Positions 1-9,776 are shown, counted from the first letter of the stretch. The stretch is DNA of 64,000 nt from Vulcanimicrobiales bacterium (GCA_038231455.1 JBBRLI010000015.1:1-64000), one strand, 5' to 3'. Notes: generated from the letters alone by a model not told the origin. Program-made: numbers and translations.

Positions 1-156
1 AACGCAATCGTCCACCCCCTGGCACGATGAATCCGAGAGCAAGCATACAAAATTCGACCAGAGCGGCGTAAGAATCGCCGCATGGCCGCGCTAACCGACA
101 CCGAGTGACGCGCATTGGGCGTTAGATCAGAGTTGCCCTAGGTATTACCGGCGAAC

Positions 157-990
157 TTAGCAACCCGAAGTAAAAACGTTTACATTCTGAACGAAATTCG
201 TGGTGCCGTCTGGCAAGAGCGTAGCTACCGAAAGATATGCCGACCCTATTCCGCTCGCGATGATGCTGTTCGCTGTTACGGTGTATTCAGTGAGGCCAGC
301 ATTCGGCGGCATGGTTTGCGTATTGTTGCCGCGGACGACGCTGACGCGCGAATCGGTCGAGCTCAGCGTGAGACCCGGCGTGCCGGGGCCCGAAATGACA
401 TTGTCTGCGCCGTCGAGTGGATTTAAATAAACGTTGAATGGCGAATTCGTTGAGCAAAATACGATTCTGGCGGAGCTAGAAGTGGTTTGGCTCTGTGTGT
501 TAATGCCGGGCACCCCGTCGTCTGTGAGTGCAAATCCCATGCTTAAGGGATTGGGCTGTAACACGACGTCGACCGAATATTGAATCGTCGGGTCGTAGAC
601 GTACACGTTCCCGCTTCCCGTAGCAAGTGGTTCGCCGGTCTCCGATGCAGACTTCCACTCCTTGAACGTATAGTTGTTGGTGATGAACAAAGCTGCCGGC
701 AATTGTGCCACCGACGTTCCAAACGGTACGCGCACGATTAAGTCGGATGCGGCCACGCCAGGCGGATTGTCCGTATCCGTAATGGTGATGTGGTTCGTAC
801 TCACGGAGATGTACTGCGCAGAACGGGCAGAGCCGTTTGATTTTCTTGTCGGCCAGATGAAATGCACCGAGACCGTTGCCTTCGTGGAATTTGTGTTTGC
901 CGACTTTCGCGGGGCGATGGAAGAACTGCCACCGCTACAACCGGCAATCAAAGCGCAAAGGATGATCGAGACGAGCGAGCGTGCGTTCAT
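157..990 (-). CDS. Surface lipoprotein, hypothetical (beta-rich)
   Basis: Lipobox LIAG-C, Gly/Ser linker and QYISVSTNHITI motif; starts immediately after the stop of the upstream lipoprotein gene. Confidence 0.8.
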   Translation of the reverse strand: MNARSLVSIILCALIAGCSGGSSSIAPRKSANTNSTKATVSVHFIWPTRKSNGSARSAQYISVSTNHITITDTDNPPGVAASDLIVRVPFGTSVAQLPAALFITNNYTFKEWKSASETGEPLATGSGNVYVYDPTIQYSVDVVLQPNPLSMGFALTDDGVPGINTQSQTTSSSARIVFCSTNSPFNVYLNPLDGADNVISGPGTPGLTLSSTDSRVSVVRGNNTQTMPPNAGLTEYTVTANSIIASGIGSAYLSVATLLPDGTTNFVQNVNVFTSGC

Positions 991-2313
991 TTATTGCACG
1001 GTTCCTGTGACGGCGAAGAGATTGATCGTGATGGTGCTGGTGGCATTAGACGAGTCGATAATGACGAGCGAGCACGTACCGTATGAAGTCGTGGAAGCCG
1101 TTGGCGTGATGGCAAGAGTCGATGGGGAGTTGAATGTTCCTGATGTCGAGTTCGTGGCTGTCCCCGGTGCTGGATTAATCGTTACAATGCTTGCCGCATT
1201 CGTACCGCTGCAACCGGTGAGACTGTAGGAGAGTCCCGTCGCATTAGCCGTATCTGTCACGCTAAGCGATCGCGTGCTGGAGCCAGCGAAAAACGCGAGG
1301 GTATTGTTGTTCAACGCCGGTTCGGAGACAGAGATGGGATTCGGCGTCGGAGTCGGCGATGGAGTCGGCGAGGGTGTCGGCGTCGGCGTCGGCAATGGCG
1401 GCAGACCCTGAAAGAACAGACCGTAATAGTGTGCGCTTCCACCCGGATACGTGGCATTAATATTATAGGACCCGTGTCCAATCACCGATTGCCCGACGAG
1501 GAAGGCTTGATCCGCTGGGCCGGCCAGTTGTACTGTAGCCGCTGGCGGCCCGCCGTTAACGGTGAATAACAATGCGCCCGCGGGTGCGCCGCCGAGCTGC
1601 GCTGTCGATAGCGTAATCGGCGAGCTGTACGTGCCGGGTAAGACGATTTGATTGCCGGACGCATCGAGCGGAATAGGGATGACGATCTCTCGGGTCGGCG
1701 TGCCAGCGGTGGGAGCGTACAGCGTGGGTGTCGAGCAATCGCCGTTGCACACTTGAAAGTCGGGTAAGAAGAGGTAGAGGCTCGCGATCGTTCCCGAGAG
1801 TGTCAGAATGACATGATTCGCGGCGTTCGCATACACCGTTTGCGGTACCGTCGCGGTCGCGACCATGCAGCACGACGAATTCAATCCAGAGTACGCCGTT
1901 ACGGAAAATGTATCGGCGCCGATCGGAATCACGATGGAGAGGTCGCAAGAAATTTGCGTCCCCGTTTGCGTGCAGCCCGGTTGCGTGCCGCCGATATTGA
2001 TGTTCGCGCTGACGGGCGTTGCCGGCGGGCTCCCATTCACCGTGAGAAGAGCGACGGTTACGGATTGCGTCGATGGGGAGACGTACATCGCTTTGCGATT
2101 CGTACTCGCGGTACGCTGAAAAGGAAGTAAGAACGTGAATGACGCGGTTCCGCCGCCCCTCGCAGCAACGGACGGTGTTGGGGTCGCTGTCGGCTGTGCC
2201 GTTTGCGTAACTGGAAGCGTTGCGTTTCCGCCGCCGCCTCCGCCACCGCAACCAGCAAAAAGGGCCGCCGAACAAACGGCAGCGCCGATCCCAAAGAGTA
2301 GGCGTCGATTCAT
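991..2313 (-). CDS. Surface lipoprotein with Pro/Thr linkers and Ig-like beta domains
   Basis: ATG at 2313 (MNRRLLFG), lipobox LFAG-C, poly-Gly, MYVSPSTQSV motif and PTPTPTPSP linker. Confidence 0.8.
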   Translation of the reverse strand: MNRRLLFGIGAAVCSAALFAGCGGGGGGGNATLPVTQTAQPTATPTPSVAARGGGTASFTFLLPFQRTASTNRKAMYVSPSTQSVTVALLTVNGSPPATPVSANINIGGTQPGCTQTGTQISCDLSIVIPIGADTFSVTAYSGLNSSCCMVATATVPQTVYANAANHVILTLSGTIASLYLFLPDFQVCNGDCSTPTLYAPTAGTPTREIVIPIPLDASGNQIVLPGTYSSPITLSTAQLGGAPAGALLFTVNGGPPAATVQLAGPADQAFLVGQSVIGHGSYNINATYPGGSAHYYGLFFQGLPPLPTPTPTPSPTPSPTPTPNPISVSEPALNNNTLAFFAGSSTRSLSVTDTANATGLSYSLTGCSGTNAASIVTINPAPGTATNSTSGTFNSPSTLAITPTASTTSYGTCSLVIIDSSNATSTITINLFAVTGTVQ

Positions 2314-2414
2314 GGTTCGTTTCTCCAACAACCGCCCCAGCAGACCGCTGCTTGGTTACGGGAGGACCTTTTTCAATCGTGGGTTCTCACGATACCTGCG
2401 ACGAAGATCACACC

Positions 2415-2663
2415 ATGCGCCCAGCAATGATGCGTCCGTGGCAAAACGGACTGGCTATATTCGCAATTTTTCTGGTTGCCGGAGCCATCGGACCGTGGCC
2501 ATCCGTGCTCAGAATTAGCTGCGCGACGGGTGCTGCGTGTATCGCCCTGTTGCTCTTCGCTACCCGAATGCGTGATCACGCTCACACTTCATCAAACGAT
2601 TCGACGAAGGCGACGTGGGACCGAATCGAACAGATGCGTGAGGACCGTGCCCGGCGGCGCTAA
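2415..2663 (+). CDS. Small two-TM membrane protein, hypothetical
   Basis: Two hydrophobic segments in the C-terminal part of ORF 2220..2663; start could be 2415, 2427 or 2430. Confidence 0.55.
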   Translation: MRPAMMRPWQNGLAIFAIFLVAGAIGPWPSVLRISCATGAACIALLLFATRMRDHAHTSSNDSTKATWDRIEQMREDRARRR

Positions 2664-3394
2664 CGCGCCGAAAGCGTCGCGTCGACGGCGAGAGCGAGTT
2701 GGCGAGCGTTCTCTTTAAGGAGAGTGACGATGCGCTCCACCGTTTCTGGCGGATTTCGAAAAGCCGGCGCTTGAACGCCGAGTGCGCCGACGAGATTCGC
2801 GCGCCGGTCGACCACCGGCACGTAAATCGCGATCGCACCCTCGATTTGCTCGCCGCGGCTCACCGCATAGCCCGCCTCGCGGATCCGCTTCAAGTGCCCG
2901 CGATCCCGCTGTTCGTTCCAGTCGGCGGCAAAGGCGCGCAGCACGTGACCCGATGCGCCCTTCTTCGTTGAAGACGGTTTGTGCTCGCCGACTACCATGC
3001 GGATCGATTGCGGACTCGGCAATTCGAGCAGGCAGAAACGCATGTCTCCGTCACGCACTTGCAGGGCGCTCGTTTCGAGCGTGGCGTCGCGTACGCGTTC
3101 GAGGAAGGGGCGCACGACATCGCTGAGCGATGTTTTCGCACGATAGACTTCAACCAGGCGGCTGACGGCGTTCCCAAGTCGATAGTGCCGATCCGTGCGA
3201 TCGAACGAGAGATAGCCTGCGCCAACGAGTGTTTGGAGGAGCCGGTAAACGCTGCTCTTTTGCAGGCCGATGAGCCTCGTGACTTCGGTCAATCGCAGAG
3301 CATCGCGATCGCTCCGGAAGCAATCGAAGATCTGGCAGACGTGGAGCGCGGTCCCGATCGTTCGGGTCGGCCGCGCAAGCGAGAGGTCTTCCAT
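2660..3394 (-). CDS. IclR family transcriptional regulator
   Basis: N-terminal HTH (GLQKSSVYRLLQTL..GYL) and C-terminal IREAGYAVSRGE effector domain; divergent from the ABC/Rieske operon. Confidence 0.92.
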   Translation of the reverse strand: MEDLSLARPTRTIGTALHVCQIFDCFRSDRDALRLTEVTRLIGLQKSSVYRLLQTLVGAGYLSFDRTDRHYRLGNAVSRLVEVYRAKTSLSDVVRPFLERVRDATLETSALQVRDGDMRFCLLELPSPQSIRMVVGEHKPSSTKKGASGHVLRAFAADWNEQRDRGHLKRIREAGYAVSRGEQIEGAIAIYVPVVDRRANLVGALGVQAPAFRNPPETVERIVTLLKENARQLALAVDATLSAR

Positions 3395-3448
3395 GTTGGT
3401 CCATAGCTACTACGTGGCATCCCTTGGCCAACCTTTCAGAAACTTTTC

Positions 3449-3477
3449 TTGACGAGGCTGGAGCGACTCGGTAGACT
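3449..3477 (+). promoter_or_regulatory. Sigma70-type promoter of the ABC/Rieske operon
   Basis: TTGACG-N17-TAGACT, 30 nt upstream of ATG 3508. Confidence 0.7.
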
Positions 3478-3507
3478 TCTTGCAGTCTCCCACGACCCGA
3501 GGTACGT

Positions 3508-4548
3508 ATGAAGCGCTCCACCTTTGCCGTTTCGCTAGGCGCCGCGGCCCTGTCACTTCCCGCCTTGTCCCGCTCCGCTAATGCCGCCGAAGTCGTAATC
3601 GTCGGAACGTCTCGTAGCAGCAGCGACGTGCCGTTCTTCATTGGAGAGAAGCTTGGCTTCTTTGCCGCCGAGGGGATTACGCTTAAGCTCGAGCCGTTCG
3701 ATAGCGCAGCGAAAATGGTCGCGCCGCTGGGTGCCGGCCAGCTCGACGTTGCGGCAGGCGCGCCGTCGGCCGGACTCTACAACGCGGTGCTTCAGGGAAT
3801 CGATATCAAGATCGTCGCCGATAAAGGTTCGCTGCCAAAAGGCTACGGCTACATGGCGTTGCTCGTACGCTCGGACCTAGTGAAGAGCGGGAAGTTCAAA
3901 TCCTACAAAGACCTCAAAGGCCTCAAAGTCGCGGAGCCCGCGCAGGGCACATCGACATCCTCATCGCTCAGCGAAGCCCTCAAGGGAACGGGCGTTGCGT
4001 ACGGCGATGTCAATCACGTCTATCTTGGCTTTCCGCAGCACGTCCCGGCGTTTGAGAGCGGCTCGATCGACGCGAGCCTGACGACCGAACCGTCTGCCAC
4101 GCTTGCGGTTCGTAGCGGGGCGGCGGTGCGATTTGCCGGCGCAGACGCGTTCTATCCGAATCAGCAACTCGCCGTCGTTCTCTACGGCGGCGGCTTCATC
4201 GCGAAGCGCCGCGATGTCGCGATGAAATTCATGGTCGCGTACATCAAATCGGTACGCTTTTATAACGAAGCGCTCAATAATGGCCACTTGACCGGCAAGA
4301 ACGGCAACGCCGTGCTGGATATCCTCACCGAATATACGCCGATCAAAGATCGGAAGATCTATGAGGAAGCCGTGCCGCAAGGCAACGATCCCGACGGCCG
4401 TGTGAATGTCGCAAGCCTCAAAACCGACCTTGCGTTTTTCAAAGCGCAGGGGCTCGTTACCGGGAACGTGACCGCGGAATCCGTCCACGATAGTTCGTTC
4501 GTCGATGCGGCGATCAAGCAGATCGGCACGTACCGTAAAGGAAAATGA
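3508..4548 (+). CDS. ABC transporter substrate-binding protein, NitT/TauT (SsuA-like) family
   Basis: Signal peptide, GFFAAEGITL and DLKGLKVA motifs, operon context. Confidence 0.9.
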   Translation: MKRSTFAVSLGAAALSLPALSRSANAAEVVIVGTSRSSSDVPFFIGEKLGFFAAEGITLKLEPFDSAAKMVAPLGAGQLDVAAGAPSAGLYNAVLQGIDIKIVADKGSLPKGYGYMALLVRSDLVKSGKFKSYKDLKGLKVAEPAQGTSTSSSLSEALKGTGVAYGDVNHVYLGFPQHVPAFESGSIDASLTTEPSATLAVRSGAAVRFAGADAFYPNQQLAVVLYGGGFIAKRRDVAMKFMVAYIKSVRFYNEALNNGHLTGKNGNAVLDILTEYTPIKDRKIYEEAVPQGNDPDGRVNVASLKTDLAFFKAQGLVTGNVTAESVHDSSFVDAAIKQIGTYRKGK

Positions 4549-5336
4549 CCCCTCCGAAAATTCGCTTTGCGGACGTCGAGAAGACCTTCGCCTTGCGCGA
4601 TCGTGAATTCACGGCGCTCGATCACCTCACGTTCGACGTCGCGACCGGCGAATTTTTCGTGATCGTGGGTCCGAGCGGATGTGGAAAAACCACGCTGCTG
4701 CGGATCGCTGCCGGCTTGGAGCAGCCAACCAGCGGCTCCGTGCACGTCGAGAACACGCAGTCGGGGCGGCCGGAGAACGCGATGGTATTCCAGGGTGACT
4801 CGATCTTTCCGTGGATGACCGTCTTCGACAATGCCGCGTACGGCTTACGCATGCGCGGTGCGACGACGGCGCACATCAACGACGTAGTCGGGCACTATCT
4901 GGATCGCACGGGGTTGCGGAAGTTCGCAAACGCCTTCCCGCACCAACTCTCGGGCGGGATGAAGCAGCGCGTGTCGATCGCACGCGCCTTTGCCTGCGAT
5001 CCCGAAGTGCTCTTCATGGACGAACCGTTCTCTGCCCTCGACGAGCAGAATCGCACCGTCCTGCAGCAAGAACTCTTGCGCATCTGGGATGAGACGAAGA
5101 AAACCGTCGTGTTCATCACGCACAGTGTCGATGAAGCCGTGACGCTCGGCGACCGAATCATGGTGATGAGCACCAACGGCGGCCGTCCCAAAGCATTCAT
5201 CGACGTTCCTTTCGATCGACCGCGCTCGGTTATCGAACTGCGCAGCAGCCCCGCGTACGGCGCAGTCTTTCATGAAATCTGGGGCCACTTGCGCGATGAA
5301 GTCGCAGCGCTCGATCCCGCCGGAGGCGTGCTATAA
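4545..5336 (+). CDS. ABC transporter ATP-binding protein, NitT/TauT family
   Basis: Walker A GPSGCGKT, LSGGMKQR and MDEPFSALD. Confidence 0.95.
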   Translation: MTPPKIRFADVEKTFALRDREFTALDHLTFDVATGEFFVIVGPSGCGKTTLLRIAAGLEQPTSGSVHVENTQSGRPENAMVFQGDSIFPWMTVFDNAAYGLRMRGATTAHINDVVGHYLDRTGLRKFANAFPHQLSGGMKQRVSIARAFACDPEVLFMDEPFSALDEQNRTVLQQELLRIWDETKKTVVFITHSVDEAVTLGDRIMVMSTNGGRPKAFIDVPFDRPRSVIELRSSPAYGAVFHEIWGHLRDEVAALDPAGGVL

Positions 5337-6163
5337 GTATCGAGGTCACGACGTCCGCACCCAAGGTGTTGCCGTCGGCCGCGCGGCGCATCCGCAAGAG
5401 CGATGAAGTGCAGCGCGATCGGATGCTCGGCATCCTCTCGCCGGTCGTGCTCTTCATCCTATGGGAAATGCTCGCGCGACTGCATTGGATCGACACGCGC
5501 TTTTTCCCGGCGCCCTCATCGATTGCCGGTACATTTTCTCAACTCACGCTGAGCGGCGTTCTGCTAAGTAACACGTGGACAAGCCTCCAGCGGCTATTCT
5601 TCGGCATCATCATCGGCGGAATTCCCGCGCTTTTGCTCGGGCTTTTAATGGGACTCTATCGTCCCATTCGTGCGGCGATCGATCCGCTGATCGCTGCCAC
5701 CTATCCGATTCCAAAGAGCGCGATTCTGCCGCTGATCTTGCTCATATTCGGACTCGGAGAACCATCCAAAATCGCGATGGTAGCGATCGGCATGTTTTAT
5801 CCCGTTGTGATCAATACGACCGTCGGCGTGATGCAGATCGACAAGATTTATTTCGATGTCGGCCGCAATTTTGGCGCGAGCCGTCGTCAAACGTTTACCA
5901 CGATCGCGCTCCCCGGCGCACTCCCCTTCATCATGACGGGTATCAAGCTCGGCGTGGGTATGGGGCTCATTCTTATCGCGATCGCAGAAATGATCGGCGC
6001 TCAGAGCGGCCTTGGTTTTATGATCTGGAACGCTTGGCAAATTCTTCAGGTGAACACGATGTATGTCGGATTGATCACGATTGCCATCATCGGCTTCATC
6101 TTGACCGCGATTCTCAACGAAATCGAGCGCCGGTTGATCCCGGCGCGCGCAGAACGGACGTAA
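5333..6163 (+). CDS. ABC transporter permease, NitT/TauT family
   Basis: Six TM segments and AEMIGAQSGLG motif; start is either ATA 5333 (GGAGG 6 nt upstream, ATAA overlap) or GTG 5366. Confidence 0.92.
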   Translation: MSIEVTTSAPKVLPSAARRIRKSDEVQRDRMLGILSPVVLFILWEMLARLHWIDTRFFPAPSSIAGTFSQLTLSGVLLSNTWTSLQRLFFGIIIGGIPALLLGLLMGLYRPIRAAIDPLIAATYPIPKSAILPLILLIFGLGEPSKIAMVAIGMFYPVVINTTVGVMQIDKIYFDVGRNFGASRRQTFTTIALPGALPFIMTGIKLGVGMGLILIAIAEMIGAQSGLGFMIWNAWQILQVNTMYVGLITIAIIGFILTAILNEIERRLIPARAERT

Positions 6164-6169
6164 CTGGCG

Positions 6170-7456
6170 ATGGCACTCACCCGCGAACAGCAAACGACGC
6201 TCGTCTCGACGAACGCCGGAACGCCAATGGGCGAACTCTTTCGCCGGTACTGGATTCCGGCGTTACTCGCCGAGGAACTACCGCGCCCCGACAGCGATCC
6301 CGTGCGCGTCCGCTTGATGGGCGAAGACCTCATCGCATTTCGCGACAGCGAAGGGCGGTACGGTCTGCTTGCGGAGTTCTGTCCGCATCGCGGCGTTTCG
6401 CTTTTTTTCGCGCGCCACGAAGAATGCGGACTGCGTTGCTCCTATCACGGTTGGAAGTTCGACGTAACCGGTGCGTGCATCGATATGCCCTCCGAGCCCG
6501 AAGAGAGCGCGTTCAAGAATAAAGTCAAAACGACTGCGTATCCGCTGGTCCAGCGTGGCGATATTCTCTGGACATATATGGGCCCGGAAGAACTCGTGCC
6601 GGCTCTGCCGGAGATCGAGTGGTCGGTGCTGCCGACCGCCAACGTCTTCGTCTCCAAGCGTTTGCAAGAGACGAACTATCTGCAAGCCCTCGAAGGCGGC
6701 ATCGATTCGAGCCACGTGTCGTTCACGCATAAGTTCAATCTCGATGACGATCCTCTTCATAGTGGCAGTCAAGGCAACGTCTATCTCAAGCGCGACGGTC
6801 GCCCGAAATTCGAAGTCGTCGAATCCGACGGTGGCTTACTCATCGGCGCGCGCCGCAACGCCGATGAGGAGAACTACTATTGGCGCATCACGCAGTACAC
6901 GATGCCGTGGTACACCATCATCCCGCCGTTTGGAGATCATCTCATCGGTGCGCACGCCTGGGTGCCGATCGACGATGAGAATTGCTGGGCCTGGAGCATT
7001 AACTACCATCCGGTGCACGAATTGACCGCAGACCAGCGTGCCGACATGCTCGCGGGCGTCGGCATTCACGTCGCGTACAAGCCGGGCACGTACCGCCCGA
7101 TTGCCGATCGCGACAACGATTATTTGATCGACCGCGACGCGCAGCGCGCAAAGAAGACGTTCAGCGGGGTGAAAGGCATTGCCATGCAAGATGCTTCGCT
7201 GCAAGAGAGCATGGGCCGCATCCAAGACCGCACGCGCGAGCGCCTGGGCACAAGCGATAGCGCGATCATCATGGCGCGTCAGCGATTGCTCGCCGCGGCA
7301 AAAGACGTCGCATCGGGCGGAACGCCGCCGGGCCTCGAGCCGGAATCGCAACACGTGCGCTCGGCCGCGCTTTTGTTAAAAAAAGACGTGCCGTTCCAAA
7401 GCGGCGCCCATGACGCGCTGCAAATTCGCCCTAAGACCGGATTCGTCTCGCTCTGA
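6170..7456 (+). CDS. Rieske non-heme iron oxygenase alpha subunit, phthalate 4,5-dioxygenase-like family
   Basis: Rieske ligands CPH...CSYH, mononuclear Fe motif DSSHVSFTH...QD and N-terminal GTPMGELFRRYW. Confidence 0.92.
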   Translation: MALTREQQTTLVSTNAGTPMGELFRRYWIPALLAEELPRPDSDPVRVRLMGEDLIAFRDSEGRYGLLAEFCPHRGVSLFFARHEECGLRCSYHGWKFDVTGACIDMPSEPEESAFKNKVKTTAYPLVQRGDILWTYMGPEELVPALPEIEWSVLPTANVFVSKRLQETNYLQALEGGIDSSHVSFTHKFNLDDDPLHSGSQGNVYLKRDGRPKFEVVESDGGLLIGARRNADEENYYWRITQYTMPWYTIIPPFGDHLIGAHAWVPIDDENCWAWSINYHPVHELTADQRADMLAGVGIHVAYKPGTYRPIADRDNDYLIDRDAQRAKKTFSGVKGIAMQDASLQESMGRIQDRTRERLGTSDSAIIMARQRLLAAAKDVASGGTPPGLEPESQHVRSAALLLKKDVPFQSGAHDALQIRPKTGFVSL

Positions 7457-7779
7457 GCGCGCCGGTTTGCGATGCGCGAATCGCGCTTGTCGGAGGCGAA
7501 GTCGCCGGCGTGCAGACCCTCACTGCGCCGACGGATTCGCTCGAAGAGATCGACGTCGTCCTCTTCCTTGCTGATGCCGCCGAAGGACTCGATCGCGAGC
7601 GCACGCTGCTCGTCGCGGGACGCGCTCGCATGCGCGGTATCCTTGTTGCCGGTGCGCTTGTCGACGATGGCGTAGGCGAACCGTCGGATGCACTTGCGAT
7701 CTTACGCGAGGCGACCGACATGCTGATGATCGTGCGCGACCGCGCGAGTATCGACTCGATCGTGCAGGCGCTCCGCTAA
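7453..7779 (+). CDS. Small protein resembling a truncated FtsZ/tubulin GTPase domain
   Basis: ARIALVGG, IDVVLFLA, RARMRGILVAGALV and ILREATDMLMIVRD parallel the FtsZ core elements; CTG start overlaps the Rieske stop (alternative GTG 7510). Confidence 0.6.
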   Translation: MSAPVCDARIALVGGEVAGVQTLTAPTDSLEEIDVVLFLADAAEGLDRERTLLVAGRARMRGILVAGALVDDGVGEPSDALAILREATDMLMIVRDRASIDSIVQALR

Positions 7780-9446
7780 CGCGGAGCTGGAATATCTTCG
7801 CGAGCGAGCATGGCGCGGTAGATTTCGTCGACTCGTGCAAGCGAATCGATTTCGCTTGCGGGCTTGTCAGGACGGAGCCGAACGATACGCGGGAAGCGCA
7901 GGGAGTAGCCGCTCGCGTGCAGCGTGCTCGGTTGGATCACATCGAAGGCAATCTCGATGACTTGAATCGGTTCGACGGCGAACGCATGCCGTCCGAGCAT
8001 GCCCGTGCGGTGCTCGAGGAACCACGTCGTCATCTCCGCGATTTCGGCATCGGTCAGTCCCGAATAAGCTTTGCCGATCGGAAGCAGCTCGCCACCCGGC
8101 CCGCGTACCGCGAACGTGTAGTCGGAGAGCACCTTTGCACGTTTGCCGTGCCCCCACTCGACGCCGACGACGACGACGTCGAGCGTAGAGAGTTCGCGTT
8201 TGAGTTTGAGCCACCACTTGCCGCGGCGTCCGGGAACGTAGGGCGCGTCGGTCCGTTTGAGCACGAGCCCTTCGTTACCGCGTTCGCGCGCGGCCTCGAA
8301 CCGTTCGTTGACGACGTCTGGCTCGGCGTCGAGGGCCGTCCACGGCGCGATCGCGACCGCGCCGTTTGGCGCGAGTGTTTCTGCAAGTAATCCACGACGC
8401 GTTGCGAGTGGTTCGTCGAGCACGAATGCATCGTCATGCGCGAGCAAATCGAAGACGACAAAGCGAACGGGGACATCGGCGAGCAATTCTTCTGCGACGC
8501 TCGTGCGTTGCAGGCGTGCTTGTAAATAGCGGAATGGCAACACGCGCTCATCGCGCAGCGCGACGATTTCGCCGTCGTAGATCGCGCGGCGTCCGCTCGC
8601 GCGCAGCGCATCCACAACTTCGGGGAAAGCGCGCGAGACATCATTGAGCGTACGCGAGAAGAGGCGTACGCGCTCGCCATCGACGTGCGCTTGGATGCGC
8701 ACGCCGTCGTACTTGTCCTCGATCACCCAACCTGCGCCGCCGAGTTCCTTATACGACGAGCCGAAAACAATCGGTGAGGCGAGCATGAATCCGATCGGTG
8801 TGCCATACGATATTTCGACGTCGGCGAGCCGATCGGCACGCGCGGCAAGCGCGATTGCCCCAACATCGCCTGCCGCCATCACCGCGCGCCGCACCGCTTC
8901 GCCGTCGCGCGCGAACGCGGCTGCAATCGCATCGACCACGAGCCCCTCGCGCAGTCCGATCCGTAGATCGCCGGTCAGGATTTTGATGACGTACCGTGCT
9001 TCGAGTTCATCCGTGCAGGCGCCGAATATCTGTTCGCAGAGCACTTGCCGTTTGCGCGCGGATGATTTGCCGCTTGCACCGGCAATTGCATCCAGTTCAA
9101 TTTTGAGCGAGGCGGGCGTCAGCGTCGTGCGAAAGAGGCCAAGGTCAACCGGCGGACGCACGAACGCGCCCAGCGCCGCGCCAAGATCGCCCGCTTCGCG
9201 ATACGTCGCCCGAAGCGCGCCCTCGGGGATGCCCCACGCGACTTCTGCCGCTGCCACGATCGTACGGCCGCCGACCGCTAGCGTCCGCTCGTCTTTTGCG
9301 GCGAACGGGTTGCCGGTGAAGTAGCGAGTCGCTGCTTCCAGATTCGCATCGTCGAGCGCGCGTATATAGTCCGCGACAAGCGCAATCTTTGCCAGCTTCC
9401 CGGGGGTCTGCGCGATGGCATCGCACGTGCGCGCAAACGCAAGCAT
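7776..9446 (-). CDS. ATP-dependent DNA ligase (LigB/Lig1-like, with N-terminal DNA-binding domain)
   Basis: Motif I EDKYDGVR, DGEIV, EGLVLK, WLKLK and LRFPR; real start ATG 9446 or GTG 9452, since the longer ORF overlaps the AsnC gene. Confidence 0.95.
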   Translation of the reverse strand: MLAFARTCDAIAQTPGKLAKIALVADYIRALDDANLEAATRYFTGNPFAAKDERTLAVGGRTIVAAAEVAWGIPEGALRATYREAGDLGAALGAFVRPPVDLGLFRTTLTPASLKIELDAIAGASGKSSARKRQVLCEQIFGACTDELEARYVIKILTGDLRIGLREGLVVDAIAAAFARDGEAVRRAVMAAGDVGAIALAARADRLADVEISYGTPIGFMLASPIVFGSSYKELGGAGWVIEDKYDGVRIQAHVDGERVRLFSRTLNDVSRAFPEVVDALRASGRRAIYDGEIVALRDERVLPFRYLQARLQRTSVAEELLADVPVRFVVFDLLAHDDAFVLDEPLATRRGLLAETLAPNGAVAIAPWTALDAEPDVVNERFEAARERGNEGLVLKRTDAPYVPGRRGKWWLKLKRELSTLDVVVVGVEWGHGKRAKVLSDYTFAVRGPGGELLPIGKAYSGLTDAEIAEMTTWFLEHRTGMLGRHAFAVEPIQVIEIAFDVIQPSTLHASGYSLRFPRIVRLRPDKPASEIDSLARVDEIYRAMLAREDIPAPR

Positions 9447-9500
9447 GCTCACGCGCGGCCTGGCAGAGGTGCGCGACCGACGGCGGCGTAGCGGTTCTCC

Positions 9501-9776
9501 ATGATTACTGCAATCGTGATGATGACCGTCGAACCCGGCATGGTGAAGCCGCTCGCCGAGGAGCTGCTCGAAATCGACGGCGTGACCGAAGTATACAGCG
9601 TCGCGGGGCCGTACGATCTCGTTGCGATTGCGCGTGTGAAGAAGCACGAAGATCTGAGCGACCTTGTGACCGAGATGATCGGTTCGCGCGACGGCGTGCT
9701 CACGACCGAAACACTCATCGCGTTTCGCGCCTTTTCAAAACGCGATCTTGGCATGCTCTGGGAAGTCGGCGACTAG
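9501..9776 (+). CDS. Stand-alone Lrp/AsnC ligand-binding (RAM) domain protein
   Basis: GVTEVYSVAGPYDLVA motif, no HTH. Confidence 0.88.
   Translation: MITAIVMMTVEPGMVKPLAEELLEIDGVTEVYSVAGPYDLVAIARVKKHEDLSDLVTEMIGSRDGVLTTETLIAFRAFSKRDLGMLWEVGD

Noticed and set aside
1-156. Possible gene start at the left edge
   Set aside because: Too little sequence to assign a frame or product
1341-1400. Short tandem repeats (GTCGGC/GTCGGA) as a VNTR or CRISPR
   Set aside because: They encode the Pro-Thr linker of the lipoprotein; there is no repeat-spacer structure
9447-9647. N-terminal extensions in the ORF track (ligase to 9647, Fic to 25797, hydrolase to 47048, hflX from 53991, livM-like from 19044, lipoprotein to 58814)
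   Set aside because: They overlap neighbouring real genes or promoters; internal starts fit the family N-termini better
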